DNA from: a virus
Direction: 5' to 3' (one strand)
Virus genome (UHGV): UHGV-0383221
Length of the DNA: 57,587 nucleotides
In this document: piece after piece, positions 27,126-36,886 of the stretch
How positions within the stretch are numbered: the stretch's first letter is position 1
How the letters are laid out: each line of letters opens with the position of its first letter
The notes under the pieces: model-generated
The model's input: the letters and a program-made list of their open reading frames with translations, nothing else
What the model was told of the DNA's origin: nothing
The model's database searches: none
Made by a program: the position numbers and the translations under genes

Positions 27126-27929
27126 CTATCCCACAGCTCTATCCTTCCCAAGAAATTTATTTATAAAATACTGTTGTCCTTTTCCTGTCACCAAAGTTGT
27201 CCTGGTTAGCCGAACGCTACCATCCGGGTTATCAATTGCCCTTTCTTTTACTTCAAACAAACCTAATTCCATAGCCTTCTGAGTAGGCATCCTGCGCCGG
27301 TCCCCATTCTTAATTAGGTATCCATTGTCATACATCCACGTAAATAATCTGTTCTGGCCAATAGGTACACCGTTCTGAGAAATCAGTTTTGCCAAATTAC
27401 CAATAAGAATTGATTCTTTACTGGCAGCTACAGCATCCGCAAAGATAGCCTTTGGTTTCATTGATTCATTCTCTGCCTCCAAGGCCCTTCGCTTTTCACG
27501 TTCTTCTTTCAATGCCGTAAATGCCTTGATTGCCAAGTCAGGATCATCCAGCAAATCATCAACTGCATACATACCATGTCGCCGAATGGTTTTTAGGATT
27601 TCTTTGACCTTTTTCTTGAACTCCTTTGCAATCGGCTTTCGGCTCAGCATCAGGACTTCATACAGCCCTTCTTCGGTCAAAAACCATAATTCAGAACCAC
27701 TCGGATTATTTATCGTAGTGCGGATTTTAACTTTCTCATCCTCATCCACGGATCTGAGCATTCCTGATACATCGTAATACCCTTGCCCTGTTTTGTTAAA
27801 GTCAATCCACTCTGCCACATCCCTGGCCATAAACAATGGCTGCTCTGGTGTTCCGTAAACCCTAAAGTTCTTCCCTAATACTTCCTGTTCCTTAATAATT
27901 GATAATTCGCCCATATTATCACTCTCCAT
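27126..27929 (-). CDS. phage antirepressor (Bro-N + KilA-C domains)
   Basis: N-terminal ELSIIKEQEVLGKNFRVYGTPEQPLFMARDVAEWI is a Bro-N domain. The C-terminal half resembles KilA-C (ILIGNLAKLISQNGVPIGQNRLFTWMYDNGYLI). Confidence 0.6.
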   Translation of the reverse strand: MESDNMGELSIIKEQEVLGKNFRVYGTPEQPLFMARDVAEWIDFNKTGQGYYDVSGMLRSVDEDEKVKIRTTINNPSGSELWFLTEEGLYEVLMLSRKPIAKEFKKKVKEILKTIRRHGMYAVDDLLDDPDLAIKAFTALKEEREKRRALEAENESMKPKAIFADAVAASKESILIGNLAKLISQNGVPIGQNRLFTWMYDNGYLIKNGDRRRMPTQKAMELGLFEVKERAIDNPDGSVRLTRTTLVTGKGQQYFINKFLGKDRAVG

Positions 27930-28190
27930 AATAAGTGGGGTGTAGAGGGACTTAGTGCTACCTCACGGTAGGAGCCCGACCTATTAGTGACTACCGGTAT
28001 TTCCCCCAGATGCCTTTCGCAATCTGGAGGAGACGAAGCAAGTTCGGAGCATACCCGAACAGGACTTTTGCTTCTGTATCCCGGAGAACGAAAAAATCGC
28101 TCAATCGGGATACTACTTGCGGCCCCGATTAAGCGACCTTATGAATATATTATATACTATTTGCATGTGGATTTCAATGACAATTTTATC
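27930..28190 (-). ncRNA. GC-rich structured leader / candidate structured RNA upstream of the antirepressor gene
   Basis: About 260 nt noncoding at about 50% GC with several perfect stems: GTTCGG-agcatac-CCGAAC, CTACC-tcac-GGTAG, TATCCCG...CGGGATA. Confidence 0.25.
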
Positions 28191-28718
28191 TTATAAAGGC
28201 ATAAGTGAAGCGTTAATTTTAATTAAGTTTTTAACAATTTGTTTAACCTTATTACTACCCCAAATTTTATATAATAGCTCTTCAAAATTTTTCTGATTAT
28301 TTATTTCTAATTCCGTTTGTACTTCTATCTCTTGTGCAATTGACTCATCCAACGCAATCGATACCGGATAGAGCATTATATCATATGCAATAATCATAAT
28401 CCTATATTTATATTTAGGCGTTGCGGTAGATGTTAAGTATAATTCATATGCCATCTTAGGATCTTCTCCAGCACTCCCCAACACATTTTGAACATTAAAA
28501 TCTTCTCCGATTATTTTTCCAAAGCTTCTCATCACAGATAATCCAGCTTGAGATGTATAGCTATGATATGGTCCATCATATTCTGATATTCGTGCAATAA
28601 TTCTACCGCCTGAATTATTATTCAATATTTCACACTGATCCAGTATTATATCCCTTGGTATAACAATGCTATTATCGTCCTCTTCATTAAAAAAATTCTT
28701 ATCCATTATGCTTGTCAT
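28191..28718 (-). CDS. unknown partner protein (175 aa) translationally coupled to the EEP-family gene
   Basis: Its start overlaps the EEP gene's stop by 4 nt (ATGA). About 30% GC. No motif recognised. Confidence 0.5.
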   Translation of the reverse strand: MTSIMDKNFFNEEDDNSIVIPRDIILDQCEILNNNSGGRIIARISEYDGPYHSYTSQAGLSVMRSFGKIIGEDFNVQNVLGSAGEDPKMAYELYLTSTATPKYKYRIMIIAYDIMLYPVSIALDESIAQEIEVQTELEINNQKNFEELLYKIWGSNKVKQIVKNLIKINASLMPL

Positions 28719-29545
28719 TGTAGCCTCTCCTCCTCAATAGAAAAACAAATTGGTAAATGATCACTAACTTTCTTAACATTCGGCTTTCCATTGCTATCAA
28801 TCAAAGACTCTTCATTTATATTACGAATAATTTTTAATGTGTCCCTCAAGAAACACTCTACCATACTGCTACTAAAAATTACTTGGTCGTAAATATTCCA
28901 AAAAAAATTAGTCAACTGAGAATTATTATAAAAATAAGTGCAAACAGGAGACTTCGTAAATTCCATCAAATTCCACATTGGATTATAGTACATTTCATAC
29001 TCCACTTCCCTTACCTTTCTTTTCTTGTCCTTCTTAACTTTATTCAGAAATGGTAAAGCATGAAGACAATCAGCCTGATAGCATGCCCGATCGAATGGAT
29101 TGAAATTAAAATCACCAATAATTATTACATTATCAATGGTTTCTTCAGTGCGTACTTCAACTAGCCCCTTTACTAATCTTCTCGTTTCATCCTTTTGCTC
29201 ATCTTCAGACCAGATACGACATTTACTAATAAAGTGAACACCTGCTATTAAGACCCTTTTTTTAGAGATTTCCATCATATATAATGAAAAGTGCCTGTTC
29301 TGATCTCGTATAACTGATATTTTGATACGTTTATCGTGTATCAATCGTATTCTATTGGCACCATCTATCACAATAGCTGGCGCAAAATCTCTTTTTTCCT
29401 TTGACAATAAATTACACAAGTTATTCAAATCATTAGGGTACTCTGACAAAACCACTATATGACATCTATTTTCAATAATTGCAGAAACAAGATATGTATC
29501 TATGTCTTTATTATTATGCGTATTCCAATACATAACCCCTATCAT
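28715..29545 (-). CDS. endonuclease/exonuclease/phosphatase (EEP) family protein
   Basis: EEP signature blocks are all present: N-terminal MYWNTHNN (beta1 Asn), VVLSEYP (Mg-binding Glu), IIIGDFNFNP (GDxN), and C-terminal VSDHLPI (SDH catalytic His). Confidence 0.65.
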   Translation of the reverse strand: MIGVMYWNTHNNKDIDTYLVSAIIENRCHIVVLSEYPNDLNNLCNLLSKEKRDFAPAIVIDGANRIRLIHDKRIKISVIRDQNRHFSLYMMEISKKRVLIAGVHFISKCRIWSEDEQKDETRRLVKGLVEVRTEETIDNVIIIGDFNFNPFDRACYQADCLHALPFLNKVKKDKKRKVREVEYEMYYNPMWNLMEFTKSPVCTYFYNNSQLTNFFWNIYDQVIFSSSMVECFLRDTLKIIRNINEESLIDSNGKPNVKKVSDHLPICFSIEEERLQ

Positions 29546-29603
29546 ATCTACTTCCTCTTTCGCATATGGTTCACAAAAATCTTACTTTTTCATCAATTGC
29601 GAA

Positions 29604-29954
29604 CTAATCTTTATCTAGTTTTGTGATCATATTGCAGACAGGGCACTGATACTCTCCGCAAGCGGCATCCTCCATCTGTATCATTTTGTCGTCTTTTCCA
29701 TAACAAGTAGAACAATATGGTATTTTTCTATCATCCTCCTTTAATGTTATATAAATCCCATTGTGCCGCTCAATATTCTGCTGTCTGTATAAATCTCCCT
29801 TAAGCTTTGCATTTTCCTCCTGCAAGCGCTTAATTTCGGACTGCATATCAAGGGCCTGGGCTCCCAAGTCCAATAGTTGCCTGTATAAATCGATATTATC
29901 CGCCTGCTGCACTATTTTAGCTACGTCCTTTATTCCTTCATATAACCCCATCAA
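29604..29954 (-). CDS. coiled-coil + C4 zinc-ribbon small protein (116 aa)
   Basis: N-terminal heptad-rich segment (EIKRLQEENAKLKGDL). C-terminal CSTC...CPVC zinc ribbon. 58 nt upstream of the EEP gene. Confidence 0.45.
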   Translation of the reverse strand: MMGLYEGIKDVAKIVQQADNIDLYRQLLDLGAQALDMQSEIKRLQEENAKLKGDLYRQQNIERHNGIYITLKEDDRKIPYCSTCYGKDDKMIQMEDAACGEYQCPVCNMITKLDKD

Positions 29955-30053
29955 AATCCCCTCCCTTATGATATCTCAAGAATACCATATAAAAAAGGTA
30001 TTGTAAATATTTTGCAAACATAAGAAAAGCCACCTTTCGGCGGCTTTGTTCTA

Positions 30054-30590
30054 CTATTTACTTTTCTTAAGTCTCCTATAGCCAGCACTATAAACAAAGG
30101 AGCAGATAACCATTAACCAACCATAATATTTTAAATCTTTAAAAATTCCATTATATACATAGCCTATCAAAAAACCGTATACCAGTAATATCAGAGCTAA
30201 GACCATTGGAATCTTAGGGTTTCCAGTTTTTCTAGTAACAATGCTTACAATTCCAATGATTATCATGAGTAAGCCGGTAAAAGTCCCGATTAATCCGTCA
30301 GAGCCATTCCCTCCTTCCAGTGCATTAACCATCCCGGCGGCACAAGACTGAAATAGCACCATTGCCGAAAAAACTATAAATATAATTCCAACAATAAGCC
30401 TTCCCGTTGATGAATATCCATTTTTTAAATCTTTTGCGTTATTGACTTTTGAAAATGACTTTGCGTTAGCATACAAATTTTCATACTCCTGTTTTTTACT
30501 ATCTACTATCACAGGACAGCCACAATGTGGACAAGCAGACGCCTTATCCGAAATTTCTTTACCACACTCAGAACATTTTATTAATGCCAT
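30054..30590 (-). CDS. zinc-ribbon + four-transmembrane-helix membrane protein (178 aa)
   Basis: N-terminal CSECGKE...CPHCGC zinc ribbon, then four hydrophobic helices. A terminator hairpin follows (AAAGCCGCCGAAAGGTGGCTTTT then TTTTCTTATGTTT on the minus strand). Confidence 0.5.
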   Translation of the reverse strand: MALIKCSECGKEISDKASACPHCGCPVIVDSKKQEYENLYANAKSFSKVNNAKDLKNGYSSTGRLIVGIIFIVFSAMVLFQSCAAGMVNALEGGNGSDGLIGTFTGLLMIIIGIVSIVTRKTGNPKIPMVLALILLVYGFLIGYVYNGIFKDLKYYGWLMVICSFVYSAGYRRLKKSK

Positions 30591-30655
30591 AAAGACATAT
30601 CCCCCTCCTATTTGATGAAGCTATTATATCAAAATAGGAAAGGGAAGTAAATGCT

Positions 30656-33600
30656 TTAGATCGTCCTAAAATTGAATCCACCACGGCGCACCACTTTGTC
30701 CGTCTGCTTGACGAGTGTCCTCCCGTCCATATCAACATGTGTTTCAATAATTGCGATATCGCCATTCTGTGCATATGATGAAAGTACTTCGCTCATGGCC
30801 TTTGAAACAGCATTGTATACACCACTTTCAATCCCTGCCACTATCTGATCATTGTTTGCAACCGCAGTTCGTCCGCCAATCCTGCCCACTAACTCAGGCC
30901 CGCGTTCCCTTGCAAGGAACATTTCCCCAGTGTTCGGAAATCCACCGGTAGCAAATCCTCTTACTGGTGAGTTTGTACCATAATCCCAATCATCACTATC
31001 ATCTAAGCCGCCGTCACTATCAAACAGAGATTCAATTCTTCTCTTGATACCATCAATAAAATTATCAAAAACCGTCTTTGCTGAATTTATGGCCAGTTCA
31101 AATCCTTTTTTGAATGCATTAGGGAGTTCCTTTAGAGCATCCAACCAAGTATTATACGAAAACCATTTGGTTACATCATTGTCCCACCAAGCTTGGATAT
31201 CTAGTTTCCATTGAGAAACTGTTTCTGCAAACTTTTCAATGATTGCTGTTTTAATATGCCCTGCCTCAGTTTTCCATGTTTCTAAATCAAACCATTTTGC
31301 CACATCATTAGTCCACCAATTACTAAGGTCTGTTTTCCATTGGCCTACTGTTGAATCCCATTTGGTCTTGATGGCTTTTTTAATATTATCTGCTATTCCT
31401 TCCCACTTTTCAGTTGTAAACCATGGAGATACATGCAAGTCCCACCAAGTCTGAACATCAGATGACCACTGACCCACTGTTTCATCCCACTTAGTTTTCA
31501 AGCTAGTTTTTATGGAATCGTATAACTCAGACCATTTCTGAGTGGTAAACCAAGGTGCAATATGATCATCAAACCATTCGTTTAGCGCATCCGTCCATTC
31601 GCTGAACGTGTTTCTAAATCCTTCAATAACTCCTTCTAGGATATACCCGCCCAGCGGCTTCATATTTTCGGCCGGTGAATGTATTCCGAAAATATCACAA
31701 ATTGCTTTTACTATGGCATCAAATAAATCCATTATAGGTTCTATCACCCAGGCAGCACCAGCAGCGATCCCATTAATGATTCCTTCAACCATATTGATTC
31801 CGAAAGAAGCAAAATCATACTCTTGGAAAGCTTCATCTGCTAGTCTAAAAAACTCTTTTGCACATTTGGCAAGTTCTCCTGCCACATCCCAATTAAAAAT
31901 GCTCTGTCCGAGTTGGTTCCAGAATTCTCCTACCCACGTCCCACCACGTGCAACCTCTAAGACAATTCCTGTAAGCGCGCCACCTATAGCAGCTCCAATT
32001 GGCCCTCCTGCTAAAAATCCGCCTCCAGCGCCCATGGCTAATATAAGTGCCTCTCCCATAGCATCGGATACTTTATCGCCAAAATTATTTCTAATGAATT
32101 CATCTACGCCATCTATTATTTTATTTCCAATTACATCAAATCCAGCAGTTCCCATAAAAGTAGGAGCAACTGATGACAAATCCAACGCTATACTTGGAAG
32201 CTTTATGGATATTCCAAGCAATGCCAGTCTAATTTTCTCTCCAACCAAATTTGCTAGGCTCTTAAATTTTAGTGCCGCTGATGTCTTTATGCTTGTAAGC
32301 ATGGCATTAGCTAAAACCGCACCCAAACCAGTAAATTTCAACGCTGCTACAGCTGTTATAATAGTGGTTTCTATTGGGGCCGCCTTAAACATTGCAGCAT
32401 ATAGTTCCAATCCAGCGTTAATAGCTTTCCAGATAGCTTTCCCGGCTTTCTCTGATAAATCTGAAAAGTCAAGTGTTTCAAAGAATTGCCCTATCTTTGT
32501 TCCAATCAGGCTCCAATCCGTTTCATCCAGCGCAGTGATTAATGCAGTTAAAAGTCCTCCTGCCCAAACATTGATTGTGGTAGCTAGTGCTGCAAAGTCA
32601 AAGGTGGAAAAGAAGTTATTAATTCCGCTGGCAATGGAAACTCCAAGATTCTCCCAATTAAATTCTTCTCCAAATGCCAATGCCGAATAAATAGCGGTAT
32701 TCAAAGCCCCAGCAATAGTTCTGCCTGTTGCCCCAAACAGTTCAGGGGAAATCAGCCCGTTTAGGAATTGGGCAAACCCTGTACCAAAGTTTCTTGCCCC
32801 CTCATAAATTCGATCCCAATCGATATTATCCATGGCTTTGGTAAGTGCATCTCCAATATAAGACCCAACAAATTCCCAGTCATGGTTCTTAATTGCATCT
32901 TCCAATTCTTTATTGAGCCTATCAATGAAACTTTCACCGGATGGAAGTTCGCCATAATCAACATCTGCTCCGCCTCCAGCACCACCGCCACCGGAACCAC
33001 CTTTATCATTAGGAGAAATAATATTCAGTTCATCAATACCAGAAGTTGCATTGGCAAGGTCTTTTGCTGCCTGTGCTGCCCCGCCTAGATTTCCTGCCAA
33101 TCCACCGGCTGCATCCTCTGCATCCTCAATTCCCCCTGCAATACCTCCACCAGCCTGGGCAGAATTGTCTCCAAAGATAAGTGCAGTAAGTGCGCGGAAT
33201 GCATTGGCAACCGTCTGCAAATAAGCCAGAAGTGTATTAAGTGCTCTCACAACATGGACAATGATATTTATGAACCCTTGCCCCATGGTTGTGCTGAACT
33301 GCTGGAACTGCAATTGAAGGATTCTAAGCTGGTTTGCAAAGGATCCCTGAGTACGCACAAAATCCCCGGCTGTCTGATCCGTGGTTGACATGATATACTG
33401 ATACCGGAGCATGGCCTGTTCTGCCAGGGTCATCTTATTGTAAAGTTTTCCGAATCCATTGGACAGAGCAAAGGCATTCAGGTTTGCAACGTTCATGTTA
33501 ACGCCTAGCTGCTTCATCGGCTCCGTTTCACCGGATACGGCAGAACGGATCTTATAATAGGCATTATCAGTACTGATATTATAAAAGGATGCAATATCTC

Positions 33601-34672
33601 CAGCCCTTCCGGTCAATCCCATTGCCATGTTCGCCGCATTCTCCTGCGCAACTCCCAAGGACCGATACATGGACATAAGGACACCGGAATACTGCTTTGC
33701 TGATAGTTCAGACACACCGAACTGTGTTGCCGTGGTCTTAGCGAATGCATTTGCTTTACTTGCCATGCTTCCGAATGCCACGTCAACCACGTTCTGAGTT
33801 TCTGTCATTGAGGATCCAAGTTCTATACAAGATTTTCCGAACTGGATAATCTGACGGATTCCCAGCATGATCCCGGCTGCTCCCAACATGCTCCTTATGG
33901 ACGCTCCAAAGGACAGAACCCCGGTGCTTGCCCTGCGGCCAGATGTTGATACCCGATCCATAGCAGTAGCAAGCCCATTGGAGGCCGAACGTGCCTTGTT
34001 CCCCTGGGATGCCAGATTAGCCAAAGCATTCGTAAGAGAAATGACATTCTGGCTTACCTTTGGTGCTTTGGACAGCGTATTCATAGTCTGTGTTAGGCTA
34101 TCTGCAAGCTGCGGTAAATTAGTAATAGCATTGGTAGTGGCCTTTCCACCAAGCTTAGCAACGGAAGATACAAACTCAGAAATATTGGGTAAAGGAGTAA
34201 TCCCACCAGCAAAGGCGTTATTCAGCGCTGCCACTGCTGGTCCAACACTGTGCATATTAACAATCGCCCTCTGCACTTGTACTCCGCCCATTTTTGCGAT
34301 ACTGGATGCAGCTGTAGCCAAGTTCCCGGCACCATTCGCAACGCCTGAAAGCCCCTGGAATCCTACCAGGAGCGAACTAAGTCCTCGCCCTACTGCCGCA
34401 AGGTTTGAAACGTCAACTCTATTAAGTTTGTCTATTCCATTGGAAATCCGGTTAAAATCAGCCGCTTTTATGCCCGATGCTGATTTCATGGAGACAGCCA
34501 GATTACCTACTCCATTACCGATTGCAGAAAACTTGCCAGTATCAAAACCACCAAGTGCTGCAGACATCTTTGAAAGGCTTGCCGACAGGCGGTCAAGAGC
34601 CTTATCGGCATTCCCAAGATTAGAAATTATATCTATACTTAATTCTTCAATACTTGCCATCTGAGTACCCAC
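30656..34672 (-). CDS. tail tape-measure protein (1338 aa)
   Basis: Very long, Ala/Gly/Leu-rich helical protein with internal W-rich repeats (WFTTQKW / WFTTEKW / WFDLETW). Downstream of the tail-chaperone genes. Confidence 0.75.
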   Translation of the reverse strand: MGTQMASIEELSIDIISNLGNADKALDRLSASLSKMSAALGGFDTGKFSAIGNGVGNLAVSMKSASGIKAADFNRISNGIDKLNRVDVSNLAAVGRGLSSLLVGFQGLSGVANGAGNLATAASSIAKMGGVQVQRAIVNMHSVGPAVAALNNAFAGGITPLPNISEFVSSVAKLGGKATTNAITNLPQLADSLTQTMNTLSKAPKVSQNVISLTNALANLASQGNKARSASNGLATAMDRVSTSGRRASTGVLSFGASIRSMLGAAGIMLGIRQIIQFGKSCIELGSSMTETQNVVDVAFGSMASKANAFAKTTATQFGVSELSAKQYSGVLMSMYRSLGVAQENAANMAMGLTGRAGDIASFYNISTDNAYYKIRSAVSGETEPMKQLGVNMNVANLNAFALSNGFGKLYNKMTLAEQAMLRYQYIMSTTDQTAGDFVRTQGSFANQLRILQLQFQQFSTTMGQGFINIIVHVVRALNTLLAYLQTVANAFRALTALIFGDNSAQAGGGIAGGIEDAEDAAGGLAGNLGGAAQAAKDLANATSGIDELNIISPNDKGGSGGGGAGGGADVDYGELPSGESFIDRLNKELEDAIKNHDWEFVGSYIGDALTKAMDNIDWDRIYEGARNFGTGFAQFLNGLISPELFGATGRTIAGALNTAIYSALAFGEEFNWENLGVSIASGINNFFSTFDFAALATTINVWAGGLLTALITALDETDWSLIGTKIGQFFETLDFSDLSEKAGKAIWKAINAGLELYAAMFKAAPIETTIITAVAALKFTGLGAVLANAMLTSIKTSAALKFKSLANLVGEKIRLALLGISIKLPSIALDLSSVAPTFMGTAGFDVIGNKIIDGVDEFIRNNFGDKVSDAMGEALILAMGAGGGFLAGGPIGAAIGGALTGIVLEVARGGTWVGEFWNQLGQSIFNWDVAGELAKCAKEFFRLADEAFQEYDFASFGINMVEGIINGIAAGAAWVIEPIMDLFDAIVKAICDIFGIHSPAENMKPLGGYILEGVIEGFRNTFSEWTDALNEWFDDHIAPWFTTQKWSELYDSIKTSLKTKWDETVGQWSSDVQTWWDLHVSPWFTTEKWEGIADNIKKAIKTKWDSTVGQWKTDLSNWWTNDVAKWFDLETWKTEAGHIKTAIIEKFAETVSQWKLDIQAWWDNDVTKWFSYNTWLDALKELPNAFKKGFELAINSAKTVFDNFIDGIKRRIESLFDSDGGLDDSDDWDYGTNSPVRGFATGGFPNTGEMFLARERGPELVGRIGGRTAVANNDQIVAGIESGVYNAVSKAMSEVLSSYAQNGDIAIIETHVDMDGRTLVKQTDKVVRRGGFNFRTI

Positions 34673-34679
34673 CTACCTT

Positions 34680-35027
34680 TCAAGAAGGTACTCTGGGTAC
34701 TCGATTTGTTATATCTATAAAACTGTCATCTACTGCCTTACAATACTGTCTGAACTTAAGAGCATCCAATTGATAATCATGATCCTCTGGATTCTCCTGC
34801 AGCTCCTTAAGCTGTGAAAATGGAAGCCTGGGATAAATGTCTGGCTTACCATTAAGTGCCGCACCTATGGATGCCATGAAATATCTACCCGTTTCCCATG
34901 CTATACGGTCCTCGTGCTCTAACCTCATTTCATAGGCCTTTTTCCATGGCTTCATTTTCCTCGGATTCAGCTGCCAAAAGCGTTCCTCTGGTATTCCCAA
35001 GAATAGTGCCTGTGGCAGCCACACCAT
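34680..35027 (-). CDS. tail assembly-module protein (115 aa; possible gpT-like partner)
   Basis: Small ORF between the chaperone gene and the tape-measure gene. Confidence 0.4.
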   Translation of the reverse strand: MVWLPQALFLGIPEERFWQLNPRKMKPWKKAYEMRLEHEDRIAWETGRYFMASIGAALNGKPDIYPRLPFSQLKELQENPEDHDYQLDALKFRQYCKAVDDSFIDITNRVPRVPS

Positions 35028-35050
35028 ATAAACAGCTTCCCTAAAGCTTT

Positions 35051-35491
35051 TTACTTCACTACCTTCGGAAGATGGTCCTGAGGCTGAATCGGCGGATTCT
35101 CCTCGGTTCCCATCAGCTTTGATAAAAAATCAGCTTCCTCCAGGCATTCGTTGATAATATTATAAATATCAATAATGCTCTTTTTGTTTTCAGTGATCAA
35201 ACGCTGGACTAGCGTACCGGCCTGTTTCTCCGATGTTATTTCTTCGCTATGGTTATCCTGTAAACATACAAACAGCAGATAACGCACCATTCCCATCATC
35301 TTTATGGATGCTTTCATTTGAGCCGCAAAATTTTTGGATTTAGCGGACTTTTTAAGATCATCCATAACAGCCTGACATCCGCCCGCCTGTTCCATAAAGT
35401 CAGTTTCAACAACTGTATTAAATGACAATTCCAGCTGATACTCCTTCTGTTCTTTGCCAGTTCCCACTAATACCTTAACCATTATAAACAC
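35051..35491 (-). CDS. tail assembly chaperone (gpG-like)
   Basis: 146 aa acidic protein directly upstream of the tape-measure region. Confidence 0.45.
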   Translation of the reverse strand: MFIMVKVLVGTGKEQKEYQLELSFNTVVETDFMEQAGGCQAVMDDLKKSAKSKNFAAQMKASIKMMGMVRYLLFVCLQDNHSEEITSEKQAGTLVQRLITENKKSIIDIYNIINECLEEADFLSKLMGTEENPPIQPQDHLPKVVK

Positions 35492-35508
35492 TCTCCTTTT
35501 TAATCATC

Positions 35509-35967
35509 TTACTCAGCTGCCGGTGTAGAAAAGGTAATGGATGACCTTCTTGCAATCGTGATCGTCATATCCCTGGCACCGTTCACATCGCCGCCAACTG
35601 CAAATACACTATGGCTTCCCTGAAAAGCAAATATGCCATCCTTTCCTGCCTCATCTCCAAAACGTACCTCATAAAAGCTATCGATATTGGCCTTATCGTC
35701 CACCTTCTTATAGTCCTCCGGTGTATAGTTCGCGGTAAATGCCATGTCAGAAGCCTTTCTAACTCCCGGGATTTTGGATTCATCCTCATCCTCCAAATCC
35801 GTAATATCAATCATATCCGGTGCCGCGCCTAAATCAGGATACTTCTTGATACGGCACAGCTTTGTCAAGCTCGATGCACTCGTTCCCTGAAATAAAAATG
35901 TTCCAATTGTGCTGCGTCCGTCAGCCATAATAAATTTCCTCCTGCACTGTGTATGTATGGTACTCAA
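35509..35967 (-). CDS. major tail protein
   Basis: About 140 aa, Thr/Ser/Gly-rich, upstream of the chaperone pair. The true start is likely MADGR at about 35931. Confidence 0.5.
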   Translation of the reverse strand: MSTIHTQCRRKFIMADGRSTIGTFLFQGTSASSLTKLCRIKKYPDLGAAPDMIDITDLEDEDESKIPGVRKASDMAFTANYTPEDYKKVDDKANIDSFYEVRFGDEAGKDGIFAFQGSHSVFAVGGDVNGARDMTITIARRSSITFSTPAAE

Positions 35968-35982
35968 AGTACTCTTAGCCTG

Positions 35983-36381
35983 TTACCTGCTCCAAATAGT
36001 TCCTTTATCATCAACCTTCGCTTCGTACTTTGCTATATAGCGAAGGACTGAATCATCAACTACATTCTTAACTTCTTGTGGCCCGAATGTTCTGATCCAT
36101 CCGTCAGAAACCATCTGCCCATCAGCCAATGCCATGATCGCTTCATTGTCCACAAGACTTGTATCTCCTTTTGTGTAAATAGTAATCTGTACTGTAGGCG
36201 TAACTGCGTTCTCTATGTTCTCACTATCAATTCGATCCTTTGCAATTGGATTATTGAGTTGTTCAAACAGCAAATGTGGCAGTTTGGGAAGCGTCTGTGT
36301 TTCAAGCCTTGAAGTATTCTTGCAAAGCGGCTTCACTGCCTTCTTAACACGCTCATATTGCTCAATTACTATGTTAATCAT
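35983..36381 (-). CDS. tail-completion / head-tail joining protein (132 aa)
   Basis: Position in the head-tail connector block. Confidence 0.4.
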   Translation of the reverse strand: MINIVIEQYERVKKAVKPLCKNTSRLETQTLPKLPHLLFEQLNNPIAKDRIDSENIENAVTPTVQITIYTKGDTSLVDNEAIMALADGQMVSDGWIRTFGPQEVKNVVDDSVLRYIAKYEAKVDDKGTIWSR

Positions 36382-36886
36382 GGAATACCTCCTTCGCCAA
36401 ACTTATTACCTGTTCAATCATCTTTTGAGATGCATTGTACATAGGCATTTGCGCCCGTATGCCGTATGTATGATGCCAGACACCAGAGGCATCCTGATAA
36501 CTCCATCCGTTCGGATCATCCCAATGGCCTTTTCCTGGATAAGTTCCTGGGCCCATCCCCAGTTCTCCCGATTTTGGGTTCTGGGTGCTGGCATATTTGA
36601 TGCCAGTTCCAAACTCCACAAACAGAATCATGCTGGAGGCCACTACGATCTTCATTCGTACTGCGCTATACAGATTTGTATTTTCAATATAGGCCGTCCC
36701 AATAGGTTCATCATGAGATATTTTCCCGCTGATTGCCTGTAGCTGCGTATTAATATCCCTTGCCCCCATCTCAGCCAAACGGTGAGCAAAAATCTCATTC
36801 TTTCTATGGAGTTGTTCTTTAAACTGCTGAACCTGTTGGATCGCCTTATTAACACTCGCCTTGTCCAGAATTACTTTAATCCTCAT
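36374..36886 (-). CDS. head-tail connector block protein (HK97 gp10-like, putative)
   Basis: 170 aa in the connector block. Overlaps its neighbours by a few nt. Confidence 0.4.
   Translation of the reverse strand: MRIKVILDKASVNKAIQQVQQFKEQLHRKNEIFAHRLAEMGARDINTQLQAISGKISHDEPIGTAYIENTNLYSAVRMKIVVASSMILFVEFGTGIKYASTQNPKSGELGMGPGTYPGKGHWDDPNGWSYQDASGVWHHTYGIRAQMPMYNASQKMIEQVISLAKEVFHD

Noticed and set aside
27930-29545. Retron (ncRNA + RT) interpretation of the structured region beside the EEP gene
   Set aside because: No reverse-transcriptase ORF anywhere in the window, and no a1/a2 flanking repeats were identified.
31608-34664. Long plus-strand ORFs 31608-32690 (360 aa) and 33867-34664 (265 aa)
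   Set aside because: Antisense to the tape-measure gene. Their Ala/Ser/Pro-rich translations mirror the tape measure's Ala/Gly codon bias.
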